This document shows, in pieces, positions 38,001 to 50,214 of a stretch of DNA of 64,000 nucleotides. Source of the DNA: Eledone cirrhosa (taxonomy: Eukaryota); assembly GCA_964016885.1 (NCBI GenBank), contig OZ024754.1:8556001-8620000 (forward strand), written 5' to 3'. Each line of letters starts with the position of its first letter. The first letter of the stretch is position 1. The notes beneath the pieces are model-generated. The model was not told the DNA's origin, ran no database searches, and was given only the letters and a program-made list of their open reading frames with translations. The position numbers and the translations under genes were made by a program.

Positions 38001-39754
38001 GTTATGCAACATCCAGCAGTGTTGGCACAGCTCAATCTGTTGCTAACAGATGCATGAAACAAACGCCAGAAGATGCAGCTGCTGCAACATTGACATCAAT
38101 GAGCACAAACAGTAATGAATCGTCTGCATTCTCCGACAATGATAAAAATAGTTCCAACTCTGTTCCTCCCACTGACAGGAACATTTCTCCAGGTTCGGAG
38201 ATCCTGTCAAAAGAAAGCAGTTGTAAGATGGAATCTGATGCTAGTATTAGCGGACACCCACCGTCCCAAACAAGTTCTGCTGTGTCTGATGCTTCAGTTT
38301 TATCTAGCGAAAGGAAGGATAATACAATCAAAAGTGATACTAAACATCAAATATTTTTACCGTTATTAGATAATAATATCTCAGTGCTATCTTTTGAATC
38401 TGATATGTTGGATAACGAGAAAGTAAGTGATACGTGTTCTTCTAAAGACAAAGAATATAAGCTGCCACTACTTCCCATACTTACTACATCTGAAGACTCA
38501 CTTGTAGTTCAGAATGAACCCAGTCCTCCCTATCAGTCTCTTTACAGCATTGCATCTTCATTGTCATCACCAGCGACATCACCTTCACCATCTCAACAAA
38601 TATATATAGCTCATAATACGTCATCAACTGTATCAAAACCCCCGCCACCCCTTCCCCCCTCTTCACATTCTACTTTCTATGTTAGTCCAAGTACTGCTTG
38701 TCATTCCTCATCCACCTCCTCGTCGACGGTTGTTTCCAACACAACTCCACCAAAAGAAACAAAATGTTCCACTAGTGACAACCACTCTCCGATTCTAAAC
38801 ATTTTTATCAAGGACATGGCTGGCAAAAATAAAAGCAAACCTGAAAGTCTTCCTGTTTCTCAATATTCCAAGAAAGATAATTACAAGAGTGAAAATACTT
38901 GTTCAACATCTGAATCACAAATGGTTAAAATGAAAAAAAGCAAGAGTAAAGTTTCTGAACCTACCAAGGACGATAATGAAGATTCAAATTGGCCATCTTC
39001 TTCACCATTTTTATGGTATGAACAGGCAGACTTTGTGTGGTCTGATAAGACAAAATCACCAACCAGTCAACCTACAGAGAAATCTTGTACCAATACCGAT
39101 AGTAGTGCAACTGGTTCTTATGAGTTTTCATCTAATCTGTCATTGAACAACACTAGCATCAAGTTAACCATTAAGGGCTTACCTACAAGCAGGGAACATG
39201 GCAACAAAGAAAGTGCCAAAGACATCACTGTCAATGTGAACCAGTGTCAAAATCCTCACGGCAGCAGCAGCAGCTCTTCCAGTGGTGATTCTTCATCAAA
39301 TAAACAGCCTCAAAAGAAAATATTAGGCCCCAATAAGAGCAAAGATTTGTGTGAGCAGTCCTTATCTAAAGACATTTTCAAGGAGCAAGTCTCCAGCGAG
39401 CCCTCTAATTTAGCTCATTGTCCTTCTTCTTCTCAGGATTATTTATTTGACACTGATATACTCAGCCATAGTTCTAAATCTAGGGCTCTTCAGGTATTGA
39501 ATGACAATTCAAGTAAACCATCTTCTATGCTATCACAACAGGTTTTGAACAAAATAGATGAACAAGTAAAATCAAAATTGTTTGTTGCCAATAATTCTTC
39601 TGATAAATTAATTGATTCTGAGATCAGCAATGAAGACTTTTCTAAATCTATGTTTCCGCTTTCTTCACGAGATTCGAAATGTGAATCGTTAAATGTTAAA
39701 ACAGATGACTTATTAAGTGATATTTCTAGTGGTGATGACACGAACACATCATAA
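35054..39754 (+). CDS. TOPORS: E3 ubiquitin/SUMO ligase Topors-like (~1566 aa, single large exon)
   Basis: C3HC4 RING CSICL..SCFHTFCYVCLLEWSKIKTECPLCKQPFKSIIHNVRS; RFRYRTTL; HRLAPWLNREL; FIHEFENFAKSP; RS tract; HKKHKKH; acceptor TTTATTCAG at 35043 just before the ATG. Confidence 0.95.
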   Translation: MEKGERKKKKDAEKKDRRKGKKEGSKGSSSSAVSSTSVSQGSELTNNETSLATNSANEKNISNPKVGEEEKNGDKESDGSQRQSPEPNCSICLSKLENKSFTDSCFHTFCYVCLLEWSKIKTECPLCKQPFKSIIHNVRSYDDYDQYDVQKQEPPNEKRFRYRTTLTIDRLLGLQNQHQRDEILMTPQQHDYNTRPGLRRSLRRSQQQQTQTTSVEFRRNIYRNNLRVVKNRHLHGYRNIKPDFLRKNPTAVHRLAPWLNRELNALLRNQENHVKFVMELILDLVKRYPISSEEFYQHIFPFVGRNTLQFIHEFENFAKSPLHDMRSYDANSQYMPFTQLVDTSEASSSDDDVIVLSPRETTTATATATTSGNQSSISLSISLGHPSQQIVMTSSSWEPSTETSQNDREGTVSQTAISGWESPQPGPSGIFSSTSVTEPSTSAVESTSQDTSLVSSSMKSEPTDQRQNKDNSSSDSSETEPNKDEENDDGDSDVIITAYEKPWAERSPILISDLEDDSVEEETEELKEKDMSAVVRSASGENVKEIHSEKRKSLSRKEHGQSRTRHRYLSSSSYSGERRHRHSHRLSHYSYSQSNSSRSRSRSRSRSRRSKSKRTSSYSREERSRCRYRHDESTASSSSSLQLHISQKSIMFPLSCNNYYRVGYPHRSSQPELSSGIYNYDTNYSSESCRKRDSYRASSPGVSRNRSRSSSVEIIACKRRRKSHKKHKKHKHRRHHRSKHSSSKLSSHCDSVSDNNYLSNLDVVALSPPPASAFKKHCSGHKSSKRYQGTSLNTDDVRIIDNVHEDSSCLNKLSSYREKPSSTATIASCSHVLDTGLSGSSLLEDLTADNSSYLSGAIGADVIVQSQDNTNKHYLKDPPVLSDNLKNIDLDDISHAISVPVSTCGSLAEINDPDLNLMMFSDFCMDKINSSLAKATTMSVSTANESAFESYNLLSSSSIPNWPCSSLSETCSVTNDKKDGSNCYATSSSVGTAQSVANRCMKQTPEDAAAATLTSMSTNSNESSAFSDNDKNSSNSVPPTDRNISPGSEILSKESSCKMESDASISGHPPSQTSSAVSDASVLSSERKDNTIKSDTKHQIFLPLLDNNISVLSFESDMLDNEKVSDTCSSKDKEYKLPLLPILTTSEDSLVVQNEPSPPYQSLYSIASSLSSPATSPSPSQQIYIAHNTSSTVSKPPPPLPPSSHSTFYVSPSTACHSSSTSSSTVVSNTTPPKETKCSTSDNHSPILNIFIKDMAGKNKSKPESLPVSQYSKKDNYKSENTCSTSESQMVKMKKSKSKVSEPTKDDNEDSNWPSSSPFLWYEQADFVWSDKTKSPTSQPTEKSCTNTDSSATGSYEFSSNLSLNNTSIKLTIKGLPTSREHGNKESAKDITVNVNQCQNPHGSSSSSSSGDSSSNKQPQKKILGPNKSKDLCEQSLSKDIFKEQVSSEPSNLAHCPSSSQDYLFDTDILSHSSKSRALQVLNDNSSKPSSMLSQQVLNKIDEQVKSKLFVANNSSDKLIDSEISNEDFSKSMFPLSSRDSKCESLNVKTDDLLSDISSGDDTNTS

Positions 39755-40007
39755 AGAGTCTTAAAATATATCAATCCTTTTAAATCTTGTATGAAGACTT
39801 AAAATATTGCTTCTTCAAATCCACTTTTGTTCCAAACAAATTAAAAGGAAATATCTAGAATGATGATTTGTTTTGACTAGTTATTTAACCCTTGTGTAAA
39901 TGTGGTGTGTGTGTGTGTGTATATATATGTGGTGTGTGTGTATGTATATATGTATGTATGTGTATATTTATGTATGTAAATGTGGTGTATGTGTATATAC
40001 ATATATA

Positions 40008-40327
40008 GAGTGGTTAGAGCATTGGCCTTGCAATCGAAAGGTTGTGAGTTCAATTCTCAGACCGGGTGATGTGTTGTTTCCTTGAGCAAGACACTTTATT
40101 TCACATTGCTCCAGTTTACTCAGCTGTAGAAATGAGATGATAGGGACTGGGGTCCCTATCATTCCACTGCAAAGTGGTCGTGGAGGTGCCACGGTAAAAA
40201 AGCACCCAGCACTCACTGTAAATGAGGTTGGTGTTAGGAAGGGCATCCAGCTGTAGAAATAAAGCCAGAATCAGTTCCCATCCCACCCTTGCAAGCAGGG
40301 AAAAGCGGACGTAAAAATGATGATGAT
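40008..40327 (+). mobile_element. SINE family A in the probable Topors 3' UTR
   Basis: Near-identical to 5487-5818. Confidence 0.9.
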
Positions 40328-40648
40328 ATGTATGTATGTGTGTGTTTGTGTATATATATATATATATATATGTGGTGTGTGTGTATATATATGTATGTAT
40401 ATGTGGTGTGCATATATATATATATATATGTTGTGTGTGTATGTGTATATATATATATGTATGTAAATGTGGTGTGTGTGTATGTATGTATGTGTGGTCT
40501 GTGGGTATATGTGTATATGCATGTGCATGAATATATATATATGTATGTGTGTCTGTATATTCATTCAAACTTATTGTTTTTTTCCATTTATATATATAAA
40601 TGTTTATTTATATGTATGTGTATATGAATGTATATATAAATGTATGCA

Positions 40649-40685
<37 letters not shown>

Positions 40686-40745
40686 CATGTATGTGTATAT
40701 ATATAATTGAATATATTTATATGTATGTATATGTGTATATATATG

Positions 40746-40831
<86 letters not shown>

Positions 40832-42003
40832 CCTGATGAGGTATAGATATTGGTATGTTCAATTGACGTTAATCTATCTTATTTGATTAAACTATGTCAC
40901 ATAGAATATTTTTTAATGAATTATTTTTTATTTTAATAAATTACTTTTATTTACATATTTGATATGATTCACATTGCAACATACAAATTCCCAGGCTTTT
41001 CTTTCAGTTTATTTACCATTGTTGGAACTACAAACTTTTCTCCAGACTGGTTTATTGCAGTAAATTCAGGGATTATTACCATGGATCTTAGCTATGTGCT
41101 CTTATGAGTGTTTTATGTACAAATACTTTCATGCGAAGCTTTCGTTTATTTGAACTTGGGGAAACTGTGTGTCTGCATAGTGTTATATTCAACAAATGAT
41201 AACAGAGCTCTATATCCAATGAACAGCTATTATATCTACTTTATATTACATAACATTTGTTTAAGTCACCTGTTAGCTTCACATAAAAATCTTGCCTTAA
41301 ATGGTATTAAAAATACACATTGAGTTTGAATAAATGTATACAGCCACAGTGTTTATTTTCATTGATTTACATGCACATGTATGTATATACATATATATGA
41401 CCTACATATACATGTATACACACACATATATAAACATTTACATATATCTATATAATAGAGAGTCAGGGCCCAACAGCAAGAGTTCAGCCATCAGGTCCTG
41501 ACTCTCTGTTATTCCAAGTATCAAATGCTCTGCCAAATTGTGATCTTACCACATTAAGTCTCTCTCAAATATATAATTTTTACATATACACATACAAGAT
41601 ATATGTCATACTGTTTTCCAAAATACATTCTTTATTATGGCTAAGTGATGAATCTTGTTACTCAGGAGTTTCACCTGTACTCACAGGATCATCAAACAAG
41701 ACATACACACACCTATATATATGTATATATGAGTGTGTGTATGTATATATAGGTATACATGGTGTATATATATTTATATAAGGGGTAACAAAATATCGTT
41801 ATAGGTAATCCAGTTAGAGGTTGTGAATACTCCGTATTGTGGATAGTTTTAGCGTACAGCATTATTTGACTCAGCAAGAGGTTTCCATAGGTGGCAAGTT
41901 TGTGAGTTCTCTTAAATTCCTATGTAAGTTTATCTTGGAGTAATAATATTGAAAGAGTGAAGAATAACCTGGTCAAGAGTACAAAGAAGGGTTTTATTTA
42001 CAG

Positions 42004-42108
42004 TATTAACAATTGTTTCACTGATTAAGTTGTCTAAAGATTGCTGAACACTTGAAGCTGTGCCACTCAATTTTAAATACGATGTTAGCTTAACCAGATC
42101 ATCAGAAA
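42004..42108 (-). ncRNA. Hammerhead-like motif bracketed by 31-bp inverted repeats (41946-41976 / 42176-42206)
   Basis: Minus strand CTGATGA-T-CTGGTTAAG..CTTAATCAG-T-GAAA-CAATTG-T-T; palindromic stem III ACAATTGT; stem I weak. Confidence 0.55.
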
Positions 42109-43699
42109 GGACTTTTAAAAATATGCTCAGCATTTACGAATTCAAATTACAACATCATTAATAAAGAAAGAACTGTTGACCATGTTATTCTTCACTCTTT
42201 CAATATATATATTTATATATATATGCATGTATATACTAGCAGCTGCTCAGTCTGAACTGTGTTCAAATATATTCATAAGGCAGCTATTGTCACCTGTTGT
42301 AAGGTCCATTTTCCTTAGACTAAAAGATGTTAAAAGGTATTTAAATATTGCATAACATAATTTTAAAAATTTATTTAGAATACAGAAAGTAATAATAGCA
42401 AAATGTATTCTATAAAAATTATAAAACATTTACAGAACTTCAGTATATACAATGTTTTAAACTTTTTTCCTTGGAGCATATATGAAGAGTTTGTGGGGTC
42501 TTTTTAGTTTGGAATAACCTACATACAGAGGACCATGAGAGAAACAGCCCTCTTCTAGATGGAAAGCAACAACCTGTAGGGTTTGACTTGGGGATTTGTT
42601 AATGGTCATTGCCTAACTGACTCTCACTGGGAATTGCAATGACTTGAAACGAAAGGGGACATCTGTTGGTATTAGTGGCATTCTAGGTATAAATGTGATG
42701 TTTCCCTTACCATGTCAAGTGAGCATTTTGGCTTCCATAATGTGATGCGAAAGTTCAGTCACAATCTTGGCTGGTCCAGGTGTCTGAGAAACAGTGACTG
42801 TGCCCTTCTTCAATTCAAGGTTATATGGCAGCATAACATCATTTTAACAATAAAAAGTGCCCTGTCTACACTGTAAAGTGGTCAAGCTGGTGCCCAGCCC
42901 ACACTAAAGCAGTTGTGCTAGTGTTACGACAAAAAATGCCAGTCCATACTGTAATGTGGTTGACATTAAGAAGGGCATCAAGCCAGAAGCAATTCTGTAT
43001 GAGCAAGACATGGTTATCTGATCTGACTTGTCTCAATGGGATAACTCGTCTAACCCATTAAAAATCCATGTAGTTGCTACAAATGCTAGATCTCGCAATC
43101 TCTGATAATCTCCCAGAGAGACTACATACGCAATATTTGCTATATTAAGTTTTCTTTTCAGAGAAAATACTTCCACTCTTCAGAGTTGTAGATCATGTCA
43201 AAGCTCAAATAAGACCACATACGAGTTTAGGTTCGCTATAGGTCTTGTGAGCCAATGGATCAACATTTGAACTCTCTAAGGTACATGATTAGGCAAGGCT
43301 TTTTCTTTTCTTTTGGAAGACCAGCTACCAGTACAGTAGTTGCCCACACATAGAAATCTCCCTTCATGTTATCAACATTGTTAAAGAGGCAGAGGCCAAA
43401 ACTGCTTGACCAGTGATGTCATAGGCAAATTCAGAAGGAAAAGGGGCTAAAAGAAATACTACAAAATGTACACTATGTTCTAACGATTCTGCTGATCTAC
43501 TGCACCCGAACTGGTACTCAATCTACCCTGCAAGATTGATAGGCAAATCAGACAGTGCTGAGAGCAGGAATGAATACATCCGGGCATTAAATCTGACAGT
43601 GCTGCTATTACACACAAACACATACACACATCCTGAAGCATATGACAGTATTGATGTCACACACAAACACATCCTACCCACATTACAGTATTGCTGTTA

Positions 43700-46600
43700 C
43701 ATAGACACACACACCCTAGACATTACAGTAGTGCTGTTACATAGACACACACACCCTAGACATTACAGTAGTGCTGTTACATATACACATCCTACAGTAC
43801 TACAGTTACATATACACATCCTACACCACATTACAGTACTACTGTTACATATACACACATCCTACACCACATTACAGTACTACTGTTACATATACACACC
43901 CTACACCACATTACAGTACTACTGTTACATATACACACACCCTACACCACATTACAGTACTACAGTTACATATACACACACCCTACACCACATTACAGTA
44001 CTACAGTTACATATACACATCCTACACCACATTACAGTACTACTGTTACATACACACACCCTACACCACATTACAGTACTACAGTTACATATACACATCC
44101 TACACCACATTACAGTACTACTGTTACATACACACATCCTACACCACATTACAGTACTACTGTTACATACACCACATTACAGTACTACAGTTACATACAC
44201 ACATCCTACACCACATTACAGTACTACTGTTACATACACACACCCTACACCACATTACAGTACTACTGTTACATACACACACCCTACACCACATTACAGT
44301 ACTACTGTTACATATACACACCCTACACCACATTACAGTACTGCTGTTACATATACACACCCTACACCACATTACAGTACTACTGTTACATATACACACC
44401 CTACACCACATTACAGTACTACAGTTACATATACACACCCTACACCACATTACAGTACTACTGTTACATACACACATCCTACACCACATTACAGTACTAC
44501 TGTTACATATACACACACCCTACACCACATTACAGTCCTACTGTTACATATACACACCATACACCACATTACAGTACTACAGTTACATATACACACCCTA
44601 CACCACATTACAGTACTACAGTTACATATACACACTCTACACCACATTACAGTACTACAGTTACATATACACACTCTACACCACATTACAGTACTACTGT
44701 TACATATACACACTCTACACCACATTACAGTACTACAGTTACATATACACACCCTACACCACATTACAGTACTACAGTTACATATACACACTCTACACCA
44801 CATTACAGTACTTCTGTTACATATACACACTCTACACCACATTACAGTACTACTGTTACATACACACACCCTACACCACATTACAGTACTACTGTTACAT
44901 ATACACACCCTACACCACATTACAGTACTGCTGTTACATATACACCCTACACCACATTACAGTACTACTGTTACATATACACACTCTACACCACATTACA
45001 GTACTACAGTTACATATACACACTCTACACCACATTACAGTACTACTGTTACATATACACACTCTACACCACATTACAGTACTACAGTTACATATACACA
45101 CCCTACACCACATTACAGTACTACAGTTACATATACACACTCTACACCACATTACAGTACTTCTGTTACATATACACACTCTACACCACATTACAGTACT
45201 ACTGTTACATATACACACTCTACACCACATTACAGTACTACAGTTACATATACACACCCTACACCACATTACAGTACTACAGTTACATATACACACTCTA
45301 CACCACATTACAGTACTTCTGTTACATATACACACTCTACACCACATTACAGTACTACAGTTACATATACACACCCTACACCACATTACAGTACTGCTGT
45401 TACATACACACACCCTACACCACATTACAGTACTACTGTTACATATACACACCCTACACCACATTACAGTACTACTGTTACATATACACACCCTACACCA
45501 CATTACAGTACTACAGTTACATATACACACCCTACACCACATTACAGTACTACTGTTACATACACACATCCTACACCACATTACAGTACTACTGTTACAT
45601 ATACACACACCCTACACCACATTACAGTCCTACTGTTACATATACACACCATACACCACATTACAGTACTACAGTTACATATACACACCCTACACCACAT
45701 TACAGTACTACAGTTACATATACACATCCTACACCACATTACAGTACTACAGTTACATATACACACCCTACACCACATTACAGTACTACAGTTACATATA
45801 CACACCCTACACCACATTACAGTACTACAGTTACATATACACACCCTACAGTACTACAGTTACATATACACACCCTACACCACATTACAGTACTACTGTT
45901 ACATATACACACCCTACACCACATTACAGTCCTACAGTTACATATACACACCCTACACCACATTACAGTACTACTGTTACATATACACACCCTACACCAC
46001 ATTACAGTACTACTGTTACATACACACACCCTACACCACATTACAGTACTACTGTTACATATACACACCCTACACCACATTACAGTACTACTGTTACATA
46101 TACACACCCTACACCACATTACAGTACTACTGTTACATATACGCATCCTACACCACATTACAGTACTACTGTTACATATACACACCCTACACCACATTAC
46201 AGTTACATATACACACCCTACACCACATTACAGTACTACAGTTACATATACACACCCTACACCACATTACAGTACTACTGTTACATATACACACCCTACA
46301 CCACATTACAGTACTACAGTTACATATACACACCCTACACCACATTACAGTACTACTGTTACATATACACACCCTACACCACATTACAGTACTACTGTTA
46401 CATATACACACCCTACACCACATTACAGTTACATATACACACCCTACACCACATTACAGTACTACTGTTACATATACACACATCCTACACCACATTACAG
46501 TACTACTGTTACATATACACACCCTACACCACATTACAGTACTACTGTTACATATACACACCCTACACCACATTACAGTACTACTGTTACATACACACAC

Positions 46601-46752
46601 CCTACACCACATTACAGTACTACTGTTACATATACACACACCCTACACCACATTACAGTACTACTGTTACACATACACACCCTACACCACATTACAGTAC
46701 TACTGTTACACATACACACCCTACACCACATTACAGTACTACTGTTACACAT
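43700..46752. repeat. 39-bp minisatellite (~78 units)
   Basis: CTACACCACATTACAGTACTACTGTTACATATACACACC with indel variants; degenerate seed copies at the left edge. Confidence 0.97.
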
Positions 46753-46946
46753 ATCGTAGACCACATTCAGTATTGCTCATATATCAGATTTAGTGCTGCT
46801 AATACACACACAAACTATTCTACATTTAGCTAAGTCCAATTGTCTCATTGATAAAGATTAACCTGTCTACTGACAAGTTGTTTCTTCTGTCTGACTTTTA
46901 TATCTTGTGTTCATATCAACAACTAGTTCTGCACAACCCAGCTTAA

Positions 46947-47144
46947 CCCTTTAACATTTACATTACTCTATATATATACTATTGTATTTTTGTGGTACAG
47001 GCTTTATCTCATAATATCGAATATACAAGAATTTGGTGTTATTTATTTTGAGATTAATATCTCAACAGAGGTATGAGCAGCTGGTTTGAACAGAAAGTGG
47101 TGAGAGAATTCTGGCCGGATACAGTTGGTTTAAATGCTAAAGGG
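46947..47144. mobile_element. piggyBac-type MITE (198 bp)
   Basis: TTAA-CCCTTTAACATTTA ... TAAATGCTAAAGGG-TTAA; truncated sibling begins at ~20354. Confidence 0.8.
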
Positions 47145-47376
47145 TTAATGCATGTCACTATTCCAAAATTTACATATAAAACACTTTAATCAAACATTCA
47201 TTCCTGTAGAGATGCCTACAGTCTCTTCAATTATGTATCTACGCAAAGTTGTTTTTTACACCTTAATTTCATATAACATCAGCTTAATGATGGGAAAGTC
47301 AGTTTATTTTACGGTATCCTTTCAAATTCTTGATTATTTCCATTAAAAATGTGGTAAATGTTGTACAAGGGTTGTT

Positions 47377-47410
<34 letters not shown>

Positions 47411-47419
47411 AGAGATGTC

Positions 47420-47690
47420 ATCATCATCATCATCACCGTTTTACGTCCGTTCTTCCATGCTAGCATGGGTTAGACGGGTTGTCCTGTTGTGGGCAGTGTC
47501 TGGTCAGCTGACCTTGTCTTGCTCATACGGGAACTGGCTTGATTTCTACAGCTGAATGCCCTTCCTAACACCAACCTCATTTACAGTGAGTGCTGGGTGC
47601 TTTTTTCCGTGGCACTTACACATCCACTTTACAGTGTGGGCTGGGTGCTTTTTTGCCCTGGCACCTCCACGACCACTTTGCAGTGGGAGG
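47420..47690 (-). mobile_element. SINE-A-related copy
   Basis: (CAT)n tail, TTTCTACAGCTGAATGCCCTTCCTAACACC, GCACCTCCACGACCACTTTGCAGTGG. Confidence 0.8.
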
Positions 47691-47876
47691 GTATGGGGGC
47701 ATATTGTCTGTATGCTTCAGCTTCGGTTTGTACCCGTGGGGCGCCGGGTCTTCTGTATTACTGCGTGACGCCAGAGGTCACAGTCGTGTGTCAATGGACC
47801 TGTTATTTTTATCTAAAGACATTTTTATCCAATTCCATCCCGCCCGTCCCTTCAATCTATTTTATTTCTCATTCTT

Positions 47877-47912
47877 TCTTCTGATGAAGGACTAGCGTCT
47901 GAAACATTAAGA
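47877..47912 (+). ncRNA. Minimal Penelope-type hammerhead motif (degenerate stem III)
   Basis: TCTT-CTGATGA-AGGAC-TAGC-GTCT-GAAA-CATT-AAGA; ACAT is plausibly a CpG-decayed ACGT. Confidence 0.55.
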
Positions 47913-48394
47913 CCCTCTTCCTGCTATATCAAGCATTAACCTAATATATACCTTCCATATACTGATTGTGTTATTTCTGTTTACCTTTTACATACATATA
48001 TTTATATATATGTGTGAGTGTGTTTGTATATATATATATATAAACGAGTAAGGACCCTGATGGCTGTGCTCTTGCCATTTCAACAGCTAGAGGCAAAAGC
48101 ACAGTCTTTGGGGGTCCTGACTCATTCATATAACCATACTCTACTACCCCAAGTATTGAGTACTAACCAGTTTCTTACTGAATCCATCTTGATATATATA
48201 TATATATATGTGTATGTCATAATCATGATATGTGCATGTATATATATCTATATTATACTGGTACCACAAAACATCCAGCCCACTATAAGGTGATCGTGTA
48301 GGTGTCACGATAACAAGCACCCAGCCCACACTGTAAAGTAGACGTATAAAAGACATGGCAAAAAGCATCCAGCCATTGAAAACCAGCCAGAAAC

Positions 48395-49845
48395 TCTCTT
48401 GTAGCAATTTAAAGTGATACTGCTGCGCCAGTCGTTAGCTATGACACCATCCTGTATTACTTGATGAACTATGTGTCTCACTAGTTTGTATCCTACCATG
48501 CCAGCTGCTGTCCCTTACCTTCATGTCTTTAATTGCTTTATCTATCACCTTTTATGGCTGGTCCCTCTGTAGGATCTGCATGGGGTAGTCCCTCATTGTC
48601 CCAATTATTTTCCTTGTTCAGCAGTCACTCATAGTATGTTTTCCATGCCTCCTCCTTTTCATCATCAGACAGGGTAAGTACTCTACTGTCATTTCACACG
48701 CACTTTTCTCTAACAATCTGTCTTGCAATCCTGAACACTTCACAGCACAGAACATGTGCAAACTTCTTCTTTTCTGCCTTGCTCCTCACTAGATATACTT
48801 GGCATCTAGCTTCCATTCTAGCTATCTTGTATTGCTTTCTGTCTCCTCCATCTTCTCAAAGCGTCTTTATTTTAATGGCTCTTTCTTCCTTGTTATTCCA
48901 TCATCATGTCACCCTTCTTCTTGGCGAGACCTTGCTCCAGCTGAAGGCCAGCTTCTGGCTTCCAGCAGGTTGTCCCATAGAAATTCCCAATTTTTCTCAG
49001 TTATATGTCCCTAACTCCTCTTCCTTACTGTCATAGGTGTCAAGAAAGATTTCTCTTAATTTGTTAACTACAGAGTTCTTTCAACTTCCAAGTCTACCTT
49101 CCCCAGACAGGCTTTTGTCTCTTGATCCACCCAGCCTAAAGTCTCTGACAACTAATTTATGTTGGGAGGTATATTCCTCCCCAGGGAAGGACTTGGTATT
49201 TGCAACCATTTGCTTGTCTCATTTCCTGGCAAGGATGAAGTCAATATATATATATATATATATATTGCATACCTACATCAATGATTGCATAAGCATCTGA
49301 TGAAGTCACATGAATAACCCTGTAACAAAAATATATATAATGTAGTAAACAATTATGGTGATTTAATCCCATTTTAACTACAATTATTTGATATATGTAT
49401 ATCATCATCATCATCATTTTACATCTGCTTTTCCCTGCTTGCAAGGGTGGGATGGGTCCTATTCAGCACAGCATCTCTCCACTTGTCACGGTCCTTCGTC
49501 ATCTCCTCCGTGAGTTTCAGCGATCTGAGGTCTGCTCTCACCACCTCCGCCCATGTTTATCGTGGTCTACCCCTACTGCATCTTCCTACTACTGGGATTT
49601 CTTGGCACTTCTTTACCCAGTGGTCATCCTCCATGCGCATCACGTGTCCATACCATGTCAGTCTTCTCTCCCGCACACTACAGCCTATCCCTCTCAGACA
49701 GTTTCTCTCTCAACTCATCTATGCTTGGTCATTCATGCACATCCAACAGAACATGCTTACTTCATTTCTCTCCAGCCATCGCATATCCTCTGCAGTTGCT
49801 GCCCATGTCTCACTACCATGCAGCATTGTGCATCTCACACAGGCA
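48395..49845 (-). mobile_element. RTE LINE fragments (internal piece 48395-49240; 3' end 49400-49845)
   Basis: IVHQVIQDGVIANDWRSSITLNCYK is homologous to the 24933-25965 element; 49400-49845 matches 16068-16390. Confidence 0.8.
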
Positions 49846-50214
49846 TCATCATTTTATGTCCGCTTTTCCATGCTTGCATAGGTTAGATGGGTTGTCATCA
49901 TTGCCAGATTTACCATTGTGCTTAAGTACATTTGCCAGTGGTGTCCATCTTCCTGATTTTTTTTATGAGTAAGGGGCCTCATAACCTTAGCACAGGGCCT
50001 CGTCCTAAATCCGGCACTGGTTGCCATGCTCTGAGACAAGACAGTTAAATCAGAACTGACTGTTTTGCTCAAAAACACATGCTTCTCCCCAACAGATAGC
50101 AAAAGAGACACGTTACTTCCTCCTTACATGACAAGGCCCTCCAGCTTCATGATGTCACTGACCCCTATACTTTTGGCAAGATACCCAGTCTGTCTCTCGA
50201 GCCTGGACGCTCAT

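Noticed and set aside
40833-40900. Hammerhead starting at CTGATGAGG (also CTGATGAAG at ~49297)
   Set aside because: No GAAA/stem III/stem I at a suitable position
43536-46833. 1085/1020-aa His/Thr/Tyr-rich and Cys-rich ORFs
   Set aside because: Translations of the 39-bp minisatellite with frame switching at indels; no start context or splice support
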